From: Epithemia pelagica
Lineage: Eukaryota; Protista; Bacillariophyta
NCBI GenBank assembly: GCA_946965045.2
Contig: OX337239.1
Coordinates: forward strand, 1,674,001 to 1,738,000
Length of the DNA stretch: 64,000 bases
Reading direction: 5' to 3'
Numbering within the stretch: position 1 is the stretch's first letter; each line of letters starts with the position of its first letter. Below are positions 25,027 through 36,607 of this stretch, piece after piece. A program made the position numbers and the translations under genes. Below the pieces are notes generated by a model. The model made no database searches, had not been told where the DNA came from, and saw only the letters and a list, made by a program, of their open reading frames with translations.

Positions 25027-26739
25027 TTAACGTTTCTGTTTCAACGCTTTCTGATTGGCCTTTTCTCGTGCCAAGCGCAGCTTTTTGTTCTCGTGTGTTT
25101 CATGAACAAACACTTTACTGAAATTTGCCACCGAAGGCGAACAATGATGTTTCTTGTAAAAAGCCGAAGCAGCATTTAATCTCGGAAGAACCTGGCAAAC
25201 TCCAAAAGCCATGCGCCGACGATCACGCCTGGAAAGACTTCGATTCACACCATCCAGAGTAATCGATGAACTGTAGAGATCCATCACATTGTGAGGTGGC
25301 TCTTGATAGAGCGGATGTTGACAGGCCATGAAATCGTCATTTGGTGGAGTTTTGGGCACTTGGTATTTAGAGAAAAAGTACGGGCCGATGAATAAACGGT
25401 GGCAATAGTGATACGTATGCGGCATCCAGTGGTAGTCCATTGAACAAAGATCCGTGTCAACCGAATCGGTCGAGGAAACTTCCGGAGATTTGTCGATCCA
25501 TTTACTCCAAGCCTCCAGGCTCCCATTTTCGGGATCTGATATCATGAATGACAAGGACGTTTCATGGCGCAAATTGAAGTGAGCGGCAGCGAAGCAGTAG
25601 GCATGCATTTCTGCCATGAAGGTACCCCTTTGCTTTTCTTCTTCATAGACAGGGACGACAAAGGCAACCCACGCGTTGACAATATTCCAAAAATCTGAGG
25701 CTTGGACAACATAGGGTGCTCCAATGTTGTATTCTTTATCCATCTCCTTCATCGTCATTTTAAGCAAACCTGAAGTGCTTGCCGTCTCTCGAATCCCTGG
25801 TAATGCCAGCAACTCTGAAATATTGAAACGAGAAAAGAATTGTCCACCAAAGCCGTACTTGGCCGCCATGGGTTGGCCTTTGCCAACAATCCGAAATCCA
25901 TTCGCATCACTCCATATTTCTGGATCAGTTGACATGTCTCTCTTGAATGGTCGAAGAAGAAATTGATCAGGGTCCATTAAAACGAAAATAGTTTTTTCAT
26001 ACTCCGACGAATACTGTGGAAACTTGAGGCCATGCGTCATCCAATGCTGAATACCGAACGGTTTGTTGAAAAAATTATACTTGGGCTGGACCATATGCGA
26101 ATAATCGGGCGTGGTATGGAGACGAAACTTGTTGGACATGGGCCGAAAAATTTGTTCGATATGGAGTTTATGAAGAGACTCTGCCGCTTCATCAGTCTCA
26201 CAGGAAGCCACTCGAGTGACGTTCCCAGTGAATCCAGAGGCCATGACCTGATAGAAAAAAGAATATGATTGCCAATCTTGTAGTGCATTGCAGCCAGAGC
26301 TGAACACAATGTGAAACACATAACCATCATTCATCTCGAGCGCTTCCTCTTCCGTTTGATGTCTTTTTTGTTGTCGTCGTTGTACTTTTTGTTGCTTTGA
26401 TCCGACATTTCTTCGCAACGGTATTGTCGGTATATCATGGGGTTGTTGTGACAAATTCAGCTTATCAAGATAATGGGTGTCAATGGTACGAAGAACCATA
26501 AAGTTTGACATCCAAACTGTAAAGAGTACAAAGGCGATGAATCCCCCGGCGCATGAAACAAATCGACGGCCAAGCATCTTAATGGGGTGCCATTTCCCAG
26601 CTATTTTCATGCAGTGGCGGCGACTGTTGGATTGACTACTTTTCAATGACTCCATTGTGGTCGGTCGAGTGAGCATCAAGCGAGAAATGATGCACAATGG
26701 GTCGCAGGTCTTTCGCTCAAAAAGTCGTCCAATCCACAC
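25027..26739 (-). CDS. Type II membrane glycosyltransferase, HPAT/SGT1-like (hydroxyproline arabinosyl- / serine galactosyltransferase-like)
   Basis: N-terminal TM. HIVFSSGC...DWQS, YNFFNKPFGIQHW, LMDPDQ (DxD), MAEMHAYCFAAAH, HYCH. Confidence 0.7.
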   Translation of the reverse strand: MWIGRLFERKTCDPLCIISRLMLTRPTTMESLKSSQSNSRRHCMKIAGKWHPIKMLGRRFVSCAGGFIAFVLFTVWMSNFMVLRTIDTHYLDKLNLSQQPHDIPTIPLRRNVGSKQQKVQRRQQKRHQTEEEALEMNDGYVFHIVFSSGCNALQDWQSYSFFYQVMASGFTGNVTRVASCETDEAAESLHKLHIEQIFRPMSNKFRLHTTPDYSHMVQPKYNFFNKPFGIQHWMTHGLKFPQYSSEYEKTIFVLMDPDQFLLRPFKRDMSTDPEIWSDANGFRIVGKGQPMAAKYGFGGQFFSRFNISELLALPGIRETASTSGLLKMTMKEMDKEYNIGAPYVVQASDFWNIVNAWVAFVVPVYEEEKQRGTFMAEMHAYCFAAAHFNLRHETSLSFMISDPENGSLEAWSKWIDKSPEVSSTDSVDTDLCSMDYHWMPHTYHYCHRLFIGPYFFSKYQVPKTPPNDDFMACQHPLYQEPPHNVMDLYSSSITLDGVNRSLSRRDRRRMAFGVCQVLPRLNAASAFYKKHHCSPSVANFSKVFVHETHENKKLRLAREKANQKALKQKR

Positions 26740-26826
26740 TTCTCAAATTAACGAACTTGACCTAAGCTATTACACTTACACTTCACATCTGGGTAGGAGT
26801 AATAGGAGTAATTTATTTCCATTGCC

Positions 26827-27642
26827 TCAATTGGCTTCATCTAGATAGTCTTGAATCTGTTGTGGAGTCAAAATAGTAAATTTCCCATTCTTACGGACCG
26901 TGGCCACTTGAATGTTGTGAGCAGTCATTTCTCCTTCAAATCCTTCCCGCAATGTCAACAATGCCGTATGAATGGCATCTTCCAGTTCCATATCTTCATT
27001 CCATCGCTTTTCCAAAAAGTTTTTGGCCGACACAAAGTTTTTGCCAATGGCCGTGGCCTTCCAACCAAAATAGGTACCAGACGGATCGACTTGGTACAAT
27101 GCCGGTGTGACGCCATCGCCCTGTAACCCGGCAACGAGCAAGGATATTCCAAACGGACGAACACCACCGCGCTGTGTGTATTCTTGCATGGTCCCTGCCG
27201 CGTTTTTGACCAGTTGACCCACGGGTTGCACTTCGCCGTACATGCGTTCATACGATTGGGACGATTTGCGTGCACGCTTAACTACAACCAAGTACGCACA
27301 GGATAAAAAAGAGAGCGAATATCGTGAGTTATTTTGGTTGAACCGTATTAATCCGGAAATAATGAGCCCGGAACGGTACGTACCCAACACTCGGTAATCC
27401 GGACCAAGACCAGCATAACAAAATCCCGATGTGGGTGTAATTTCCTCAATTTTGCTCACATGATCCGAATCTACCAAGACTGATGGCATCTTCTTGTCGG
27501 TGGCCAAGACGACACCATCTACGGCGCAAATACCCAAGGCGGTCTTTCCATTGGCAACCGCGTTGAGCGCATATTCAATCTGAAGTAGTTTTCCAGTTCT
27601 GGAAAAGGTGGTCAAACTGAAACTGTATGCTGAGTCTCCCAT
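26827..27642 (-). CDS. PSMA2: 20S proteasome subunit alpha type-2
   Basis: [56 protein letters not shown]. One 102-nt intron (27383-27282) that the ORF track reads through in frame. Confidence 0.96.
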   Translation of the reverse strand: MGDSAYSFSLTTFSRTGKLLQIEYALNAVANGKTALGICAVDGVVLATDKKMPSVLVDSDHVSKIEEITPTSGFCYAGLGPDYRVLGTYRSGLIISGLIRFNQNNSRYSLSFLSCAYLVVVKRARKSSQSYERMYGEVQPVGQLVKNAAGTMQEYTQRGGVRPFGISLLVAGLQGDGVTPALYQVDPSGTYFGWKATAIGKNFVSAKNFLEKRWNEDMELEDAIHTALLTLREGFEGEMTAHNIQVATVRKNGKFTILTPQQIQDYLDEAN

Positions 27643-28180
27643 GGCTTGTTGTCTATTGGATCGTTGACGGGACGCTGGTTTGGCAAATGTTTGTTCGTCT
27701 CGTGTGAGTTAAAGAGACAAGAGCACTGCATCCACGATGATGGACAAAGAAGGCAAAAGATCCGGAAATAGAGCGACCGGAAGAGGGGCAACACTTTGAA
27801 AATTTGAATCTGTTTGTAAAATCAAAATCTTCCTTCAAGCGCGTTCCAAACACGACTCATGAGAACGAAGAACATGGCGAGAAGGATGCAGAATCTTTTC
27901 GCCCTTATCCGCGACCAGAATATATGACGTCACGTACCACAGTATGGAAATACGTAACTACCACGTGGTGCCACCTGCAACAGCAACACAGCGAACACAT
28001 CAGCCACAGCCCCGCGGTGACCGTGAAAGCACGGACGGGGCTGATGATTCAACCAACAATCCACACAGAGAAAGCGAACGTATCCATCATCATCATCATC
28101 GTCGTATACACCCGGTGCACGGTTACACGTTCTTACATATTCTCATTTGGCCTTGATCAATCCCAAAACTGACTAGAACC

Positions 28181-29662
28181 ATGGCTGCAAGAAGAATGAC
28201 AATGGCATCGGCACTGTGTTCGTTATTCTTCGTTGGTCTTTTACCAACGCTTGGCAGATTCGTGGTCTCAGACGCGTTGATGTTTGGGCAACCTCCCCGC
28301 CGCCATCTTCTTTCATACGGCAACAGAGAAACAGCACCTCGAATCCCTCCTTCTGTTCATGATGACTTTCTGCAAATTGGTTCGTCTCGGTATGGAAGGA
28401 GCCACGGCGACAAACAATTTCATCACAATCACCGAGCCACAAAAGAAGACGATACAACAACCTGGTCCAAAAAGGCTCCATCTAGAAGTGACCGAAGTGA
28501 ATCTCGTCTCGGTGTACGGCGGAGAGTCCGGGCGGTGTTAGCGAAAGCGAGAGAGAGAACTGGCGTGACAAACGATAGCGAGCGAATGAGTCTCATGAAC
28601 GGAAGAGCCTCTCTTCTCCGCTCTGATAGCAATCTTGGCCTGGAGGCCACTACCAAAACGTGGTCCATCCGGAATGGCAACGGCGCTGATGACTTTTTAG
28701 ATTCGGATGCAACATTAAGTTTGCTCTTGGCCGAAGAGGAACTTTCATCAAATCCAACCGAAGATTTATTTGCCTCGCCTCATCCTTTGGAGAACCAAAC
28801 TCCAGTGAACGGAGAAAATCTCAATGGAAACACTGTATCTACCGTTTATCGAAACAACAATATTAGCCCAAAGGTAGAAGTTCTCAGGGGAGGCCAAAGT
28901 ACTCCACCTTCTCCGGTCCCAGTGGTTCCCAAACTTGAAAGCAAAGTGGTGTCTTCATCGTCTACGAACAAAAAAGCAAGTGCTCCCTCTTCAGAATCCG
29001 ATGCTCAACCCCTACCATTCAACCTCCCATCACTGACTCCTGAACAGGAAGCTATGTTGAAAGCAGGAGAACGAGTTCAAGAGCAAGAAAAAATGGGTGG
29101 TGAAGGCTCCGGATTTGTCGTGTTTGATGTTCCAGCTCCCGAATACGCTGTCTGGGAGGTGTTGCTAGATTTTGAAGCCTATCCAGAGAACATTGGTACC
29201 GTACGGAGTATGCGGATGTTCACAAACAAGCACCTGAAGCAGTCTTTTTATTCCGAAAAACCGTTGCCTCACGGTGCCACGGGTGTTCGCCATTATGGCA
29301 AGGCATGTATATCTCGAGCGTCTTTTATACTTTCCAAATTCCGTCTCAACATTGCGGCCATTCATCGCTATCAACCTCATCCGGATGGTCACTTTATGGT
29401 CTTCACCTTGGACCCTGCCTGTAAAAATGCTGTCCTCCGCGACGCCAAGGGCATTTGGTACACGGAAAGCAATCCAGCCGGTGTGAAGGAGGGTATGACT
29501 CGAGTGTGGTTGCTATGTGAACTCAAGGTATCTTCACTGCTTCCTAAGTTCATCGTGGATTATGCTGCGGAACGTGCCATGCCTCGCGCAACGACATGGT
29601 TACCCTCGGCCGTCAAAAGGTTTTTGGATGGCCAAGACCAACCCCAAGAGGCCAAACCATAG
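28181..29662 (+). CDS. Signal-peptide protein with a C-terminal START/SRPBCC (polyketide-cyclase-like) domain
   Basis: Hydrophobic N-terminus. FDVPAPEYAVWEVLLDFEAYPENI, KGIWY, LPKFIVDYAAERAMPRATTWL. Confidence 0.75.
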   Translation: MAARRMTMASALCSLFFVGLLPTLGRFVVSDALMFGQPPRRHLLSYGNRETAPRIPPSVHDDFLQIGSSRYGRSHGDKQFHHNHRATKEDDTTTWSKKAPSRSDRSESRLGVRRRVRAVLAKARERTGVTNDSERMSLMNGRASLLRSDSNLGLEATTKTWSIRNGNGADDFLDSDATLSLLLAEEELSSNPTEDLFASPHPLENQTPVNGENLNGNTVSTVYRNNNISPKVEVLRGGQSTPPSPVPVVPKLESKVVSSSSTNKKASAPSSESDAQPLPFNLPSLTPEQEAMLKAGERVQEQEKMGGEGSGFVVFDVPAPEYAVWEVLLDFEAYPENIGTVRSMRMFTNKHLKQSFYSEKPLPHGATGVRHYGKACISRASFILSKFRLNIAAIHRYQPHPDGHFMVFTLDPACKNAVLRDAKGIWYTESNPAGVKEGMTRVWLLCELKVSSLLPKFIVDYAAERAMPRATTWLPSAVKRFLDGQDQPQEAKP

Positions 29663-30126
29663 CCTCGGTTGTTAAGAAAGAAACAACTGAACTGTATAGC
29701 TTGGCGACTATGGGTTCCTCAGAACATTCTAAACTCAGTGGACAGTGTGGAATGGAATTCATCATGCAACAATTGATGGCGCTTAAACAAATGCTTGGCC
29801 TTCGACAGGAGGGTGTCGTATCTGGAGAAACAATCCTCGCATCTGTCCTCGAAAGTGTGGACGACGGAAGAGATCCACTACATGTTGACGCTGACAAATT
29901 CGTCGGTTATCTGTGAAATAATCACAGTTCAACCCTGTAATATATCATTACTACTTGTAAAGTAGATTTTCGTTGGTCTTCCAAAATTCAATAGCTTTTG
30001 CTCCGAGGATCCATCTTGCCCAACGAAATAGTTTTGAGGAGCTATGCACTCCTACGAGTACCGTAGTTTCTCCGTCAGTGGCGCGGCGCTGGAGAAGAAA
30101 AAGGAAGTTCACCATGGGAATTCTGA

Positions 30127-31593
30127 ATGCTCGTCCCTTCCGATAGTATTCAGGGTATCATAATGAGCAATTATTGCTTAGCACGACAACACAGTGTGCC
30201 ACTTGGTCATATTGCGGAGCGAATCTCCGCCTTGAAAGATTCCACGGATCAACTCCAAACTTCTTGTACAAACTGTGATGAAACAGCATCCACCAAGAAC
30301 TTTGAAGGATGTCCAGATACTGCAGCTAACCAACACGAATTGGTAATTCATTTCGACGTCAACGAAACTATATTGGTAGGGGACGAAGCTGGTGGGGACT
30401 CTGTGATGGATTCGTTGAACAAAATGTTAGCAAAGTCGGCTTTTGTTCAAGTGCCGGAAGCAGATCGACTATCATACAACAATGATCAATCGGAATACTA
30501 TGAGGAAACCTCACACATCATCCCTACGCATTGGTGGAACGGCCTCCCTATTCACGAAAGCCGCAATAGCTATGACGATCACTGGAAGAATCAGGTGCCA
30601 AATGATGAAAATGACTCTTCAATTGTAAATATTCAAGAGTTCGTCCCTCCACTGTATACAGGTTGGGATTGGCCCAGTCACTGTGTCCCCTACTACCGAA
30701 CAAGACTTCGCAGAAACTTGGGGAATAATTTTTGTCAACATAATGGATCCATCTATGCTGAAACCTTGGAATTGATGAAAACGAAATTGGGACTGGTACG
30801 AGATGGACTCGACCCAAATCCATCCAATGAGAACAAACTGTTTTGTCACCTTCTCCCTGCGTTTTTCGAAACCTTACATTACCTTTCAACCTCTCGAAAA
30901 GACAAATGGACAATCGTCTTCCGCACGTTTGGGAGCGATTTGAGTGACATCGCTGAAGCTGTTACAGCATTTGCCCGCGGCAGGCATCCGTCTTATCCAA
31001 ATTTTCGAGATGATCGACTTGTCATGGACAAGAAACATCTGTTTCAAGGAAAATGGACCAAAGAAATGGATGGCCATGAGCTGAACGACGAGAGAAAGTG
31101 TCCTGGTCATGAAAACTGGATTTATCAGTTATGGGATCACGATGGTAACACATTGGTGGCATTGGACGAAGACAAGGTGTTGGAGCTGTTGCATGACCGA
31201 AACATTCATATATGTGGAATTCGAGACGACTACGACTTTTGGAGTAAAAATAAATGTCATCCATGGGCTGGGAAACCTGTCTGGAAACCTAGTGATTCAG
31301 AACAGATCGGAAAAGAAGCGCAACACCATCACATTCTATTTGATGACAACATTCATAATTTGCGTACAGATAGTATCGCCAGCGTCCGGTCTAAAGTATT
31401 GGCAAGTGATCGAAACGGTCGACATAATGGAGCTGGTTCCCCTCGGTATGCGCCCTTGACGCCGTCGGAGATTGCTGAACAGCAGGGAATTCACTTGATT
31501 CGTGTACCCACGGTAGAACCGCTACTGGACTCGAGATGGTTCATTCGTCAGATTCAACGTGCGCAAATGAAATTTGCTGCGTGTCGACCTTGA
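30127..31593 (+). CDS. Conserved hypothetical HAD-like protein
   Basis: VIHFDVNETI (HAD motif I-like), IVFRTFGSDL, ILFDDNI; 488-aa ORF. Confidence 0.7.
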   Translation: MLVPSDSIQGIIMSNYCLARQHSVPLGHIAERISALKDSTDQLQTSCTNCDETASTKNFEGCPDTAANQHELVIHFDVNETILVGDEAGGDSVMDSLNKMLAKSAFVQVPEADRLSYNNDQSEYYEETSHIIPTHWWNGLPIHESRNSYDDHWKNQVPNDENDSSIVNIQEFVPPLYTGWDWPSHCVPYYRTRLRRNLGNNFCQHNGSIYAETLELMKTKLGLVRDGLDPNPSNENKLFCHLLPAFFETLHYLSTSRKDKWTIVFRTFGSDLSDIAEAVTAFARGRHPSYPNFRDDRLVMDKKHLFQGKWTKEMDGHELNDERKCPGHENWIYQLWDHDGNTLVALDEDKVLELLHDRNIHICGIRDDYDFWSKNKCHPWAGKPVWKPSDSEQIGKEAQHHHILFDDNIHNLRTDSIASVRSKVLASDRNGRHNGAGSPRYAPLTPSEIAEQQGIHLIRVPTVEPLLDSRWFIRQIQRAQMKFAACRP

Positions 31594-32375
31594 TGACGAT
31601 GCCTTCAAACACCGCACCAGATATCTCATCGAGCGAACAAACCATATTTCGGGTTGCCATGCTTTCTTCTCTCACTTGTTGTCCTGTTGTGACTGGGCGA
31701 AGTTGACTCCTCTCAGGAAAGGGCCAAGCCGACCTGTACAAGGCTAGGTGCACCATTGCAACTGAGCTTTCTGTTGCCTCATAAGCGCAGTTTGTGATGG
31801 TACGAACGACAATTTGGCTATGGCAGAGAGGTTACGCGACCGTCGAGGTGTTCCGCTGTCTTTGCGAACACTTTCGTGCGATACAGATGTATTGAATTGC
31901 GAGAATCGTTGAAGGACCAAGGAACAAGTCGAAGAAGATGTTGTGCGTGGTGACTATTTGGTCCTGACTAATGTCAATCAGTACGATGTCGCTTGATGTC
32001 AAAGCCGTCTCCATCATCATTCAGTTTTATATCTTTGCTGGATGTAACACTCTATGTGATAGTCATGACTGAGCCTACACTTGATACCCTGCTCTTGATG
32101 CGAACGTTGGCGCATTCATCCCCATGATTGATACCTTTTGCTGGACGTGATTTATTTCTCTAGATTACAAATGAAAAAGTCTCCTTCGCTATATACCGGC
32201 CCTTTTTCTTTGTCTAGAAGTGATCATACTAACATGTGTTGAAGAACCTCGATACTACTCGTAGTATGGGAAGCAAAAGGGGCTCACGAAATAGAAGGCA
32301 GAAATATGATTGGGTTAGAAAACTCACAAGACATAGACAAGACATCAAAATACTTAACGAAAACTCACACAAGAC

Positions 32376-35300
32376 ATGTCTTCTCTTACCAGTAGACATC
32401 GCGCGCCACGCGCAAAAAGCCACGGAATCTTGCCGACTTCCCCACGAAAACAGCCGAAACGACAGGGATTTCGTCTCCAACACGATTCCGTGCCAATGAG
32501 GCCGGTCGCGGTTGCCGTGCCCCAGGACATGGACAATGGTGTCGATGTTTCTGGAGCGACAATGGACCCAACCACGATGACTGTCCCTGAGGAGAATGAC
32601 TCTCCTCCACCACCACCAGCACCCTTGGTGGTGAACCCATACAAAAAGCTCAGCAAGGAGCAAGAGATGGGTGGGCAGAGTCAACAACGAAACAACCAAA
32701 CAAAAAGGGCAAAGTCGTTAGCACAACAGAGAAGCAACAAGAAGAGGAAGCAACAAGAGGCAAAGCAGTTGAGGCAGCTCACGCTTGAGAAGAAAAAGGC
32801 CTTTGAGCCAGACAGGGACTGCACCATCTGCAGTTCCAAAAGGCTTGGGACCAAGCCTCCCAAGCGCCCCCATCACGTCTTCTGCCCGAAGAACACAAAG
32901 ACCAGGGGCATACCAGACCACTTGGTAGAGGCCATGAAGGAGGAGGAACGACTGAAGAAAGAGGCCAACAAGGAAGTGACTTACCATCCAATCATCATGA
33001 GGCAAGAAGATTTCAACCTCTTCTTTCGTCTCAACAATAAACCTGTCTCGGAAGCTTCAAATGAAGCAACGACCGTGACAGAGGACGATTTGAAACTTTC
33101 CAGGGTTCGAAAGGGGAAGCGCAACTGTATTGCGCGCACGGACTGCCTGATCAATAATCAGGTGACGTCCGCCGTTGGGTCCAATGAGTATGTATTTATG
33201 CAATCGGTACTGGCTAAATACAAGGAGATAGAACAAGACGAGTCGATCACGTGTCCGAAAACAATGTACGCGCTTGCCAAGACTATTGCCGAAACTTGTT
33301 TGGAACGGAAGCGCGACGTGCGGTCACTTAAGCCGTTCATGCGAGACATGTGTTTGACTGTACCCGACGTGCGAAACAACAATAATGCCCTGTGGGACTC
33401 AATTGTAGGGCGACGTTTGTACATTGTTGACTGGGAGCTGTTTATGCCGGTGGAGTTTCAGAAAATTGGGCTTAAGTGTCCAAAGTGTAGCAACTGTACA
33501 CTACAACGCGAGCGGACCAACCTTTCCAAGAGCAAAAGTCTATTCCCCATTTTTGGTCTTGATGGCGCACCGTCTTACGCCCTTGTCACGCACTACCATT
33601 GCAAGGAGTGCAATACCACGCATGCCGGCAACGACGGAGCACTTCTCAATTCGCTGCCTCCACATTTTGCGAAATGGTATCCGGTCGAAGCAAAGTGGGC
33701 TCGAGGTGCCCAGCACTTCGACATTACAACAACAACAGTGTTGGAGGAGGAGATGCTTACCTATGGCAATGGTGACCACTGTAGTGGACTATTGTATGCT
33801 GCAATCAACAGGGATTATAGGAATAGAATAACTAACTATTACTCCTTCTGTGATGCAACACATCAGCAAGGGCAAGAGTATCCAGCGAAAGATGGAGAGT
33901 GGCTTACCAGGTATCCTCCTCTTGGTGAGACAATCAGACAGGCCTACCACAAGGCATCAAGATCCAGACTCAATCCCTGGAGAACAAGTGACTATGAGAG
34001 GCACACCAGGGAAATCCAAGCAGTGGGCTGCCAAACAAGTTTTGCCCAAGACCACACCTTCCAAGCAGTCAAGAACTATCCCAAGAGGCTCAAGGCAGAA
34101 GCTGTATGGGATGCTGCCAATGAAGTAGGCGAGATTGCATGTGCAATCTTGGTTCCAAACTTGGAAACCAAGACCTTCTCCCATGCTGCCCAACAACTCT
34201 GCAGCCGTGGAAATTTTAACCCGAGCGTCATCTATTCCGACACATTCCCCCACAAGAGCGATTATTGGGTTGGATTGTTGGGTGAAGATGTAGTCCCAAG
34301 ACTGGGACTCTTTCATTTCCTCCAGCGAATTATAAAGACCCTGCGCCATAAACACATGGACTTTGGTGACGCGTTGCGCAAATTGTTGGATTGCATCTAC
34401 GAGTATCACGATGGTGACTTCCATAAAGTCATCACGGCCCTGAAGAATGGCACCCTTGGAGGCAAGAAATGTAATGACAAGCAAATAGCAGAAATGAGAC
34501 AGACCAAGGTTTTTCGCGAAAGATACGGCAAGTACTTACGGAAAATCATCCGCGCGTTCCAAACAATCGTGATGCGCCTGGAGGAGTGGAAGATAAAATA
34601 TAAAGTGAGAAGTAGTAGTGACAGTGGGCCACCGGCACGAGGAAGGCTCGATCACAAGACACAACAACCATTGTTCACACAAGATACACACTCAGCAATC
34701 GAAAACTGTAAAAAAAAGGCAGAGTTTCTCGCAGATCCGATTCCAATCGAAGACATGTATCGTGAGATCAAACCACACCCAAAATCAAGCCATCAATTTG
34801 TTAGAATTCTCACCGTCTATGGTGGTTAGATTCTACATCTCATCGATTCCCCATGTCACATAGCCTCGTGCTATCGCATCATGCCATCTAGCTTCGAGCT
34901 ATGTTCCCTAGCTTCGCGCTATATCGACCTATATTTCTTCGCAAATCATGAAAAGTGAGAATAGATTGACGAACTCACTCTCAAGACTAAACTGGGTCGT
35001 GCGGTATTACAACGGACGTAAATTTGGCCGTTGCTCGGACATTATACTAACGCCCTAAGCGTACGCGCCCGAAATCATCGAGCGCGCCCAAGCGACATCC
35101 GAGCGCTGTCGGCATCTATCCGACCCAACGGTCTAAGTATCCCAAGCACGACACACGATCACGCGAGACCATATTTCCATTCCCACAATCTCCAAATTGT
35201 CAACAAGCTGCGCGCCATGAAAACAACTATGCCAACCCAAAGCAAGAGCTGTTGACCTTGTATATGTTATCCGTCCACATATACATGTCATATACATCAC

Positions 35301-36607
35301 ATGAATTGACTCCAACTATTCCAAACCTGTTGCCGCCAAGAACCTATGACACATGACCCTTGGCAGGACCGAACATTTCACGTAGACCTATCGTAGTAAT
35401 CAACACACAATCTAACAATATCACCATTTATCACATCTCCTTTTGTGTCCCGACTATCCTTCTGATAGACTTCGACTTGCTTGCTTCTCTGACCCTGAGA
35501 AGCTTGTATCGGTTGGTGACCTACCTGATTGTCTGCTCTACCGAGCATCAATGTCCCTACGATTCAGAAAGAATTGTAACACAATTGTCCGAATGGGTCT
35601 CTTACCAAGGGGAATCCAAATTGGAGTCATGGCACAACAACTTGGCCCATTTCAGTAATGGGGGCACAAATGAAAAACTCTCGGACGACTTGAACTTGTG
35701 CGGAACAGCGCGGTACAACCGTCAGATTCAACACAAGCTGCGCTTTGTGTCGAAGACAACGGAACAACGCAACAAGAAAATGCCTGCGGCGTGGGAAACA
35801 GTGGTGAGTCATTGGAACCACCAGCAACTTGCCTTTATCAACAAGTTGGCCGTTCGATGCGGCGCATCCAAGTTGTTTGATGACGTCGAGCACTTACCGC
35901 AAGACAATGGTGAACGCTTTTTTTCTGAGTACTTGCAAGTTTATGAGCAACTCAACGAGGTCTGGAACATCTCGGTCCAACAGCATGACTTCTGTCCCTG
36001 TGAGAAATGTGAGGCTCAGCGCAATATGCAAGATGAAGAAACAATGCAAACAAGCGAGACACTGGAACAACAAGATACAGAACAATCACGAGAAAATGAA
36101 AAAGAGCAACAAGTTGAGGAAAAAGAAGAGCATCAAGACGAAGCAAACCAAGAAGATGACGATGATCCAATGTTGAGTGATGAGGAGGAAGAGCTGCCGC
36201 CACCACCAGCTCCAACAGTGCAACAGTCTTCTCCAACACGACCACAACGACCACCACCACAAACACAACAGCAACCTGCTCCCAAATCGCCACCAAGAAC
36301 AGCAATACAACCGGCCCCCAGACCAATCACCATGCCACAACCACAAATGCCATCACTTCCACCATTGCTTCCGCCAAATACGCCGCTTGCTAGTGTTCAT
36401 CACTTTCAGCAACAGCTGCTGCAGCAAGCGGCGTATTACTCGTCGTACCTTGGTTGCCAACCGCTCCATCAACAACCAACACATCCACAACCGACTCAAA
36501 ATTGTTGCATCCGCAATATTCAGTATTGGCAGAGGCCCAATCGTCGGGGCATCCCACCCCATGACAAATCTTGTTCCAACCATCCCAGTAATGCATCGTA
36601 CCCTTAA
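32376..36607 (+). pseudogene. Interrupted DDE transposase (MULE-like catalytic pattern), copy 1; reconstitutes to 1147 aa
   Basis: 32376-34798 joined to 35587-36607 is 3444 nt with no stop. D in FAQDHTF (34050), D in IYSDTF (34239), H in LGLFH, E in GESKLESWH (35624). Several Cys/His zinc motifs. Confidence 0.75.
34799..35581. mobile_element. 783-bp solo-LTR-like insertion (also 39754-40536, 44709-45491, 49664-50446; 3'-truncated from 54619)
   Basis: Termini TGTTA...TAACA and a 5-bp target duplication CAATT (34794-34798, 35582-35586). Excision restores the codons CAT CAA TTG TCC GAA TGG (HQLSEW). Confidence 0.85.

Noticed and set aside
35360-35586. N-terminal ~75 aa of the 415-aa ORF as a real second gene
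   Set aside because: It is read-through of the LTR-like insert from a non-ATG start. The conserved sequence begins only after the CAATT duplication.
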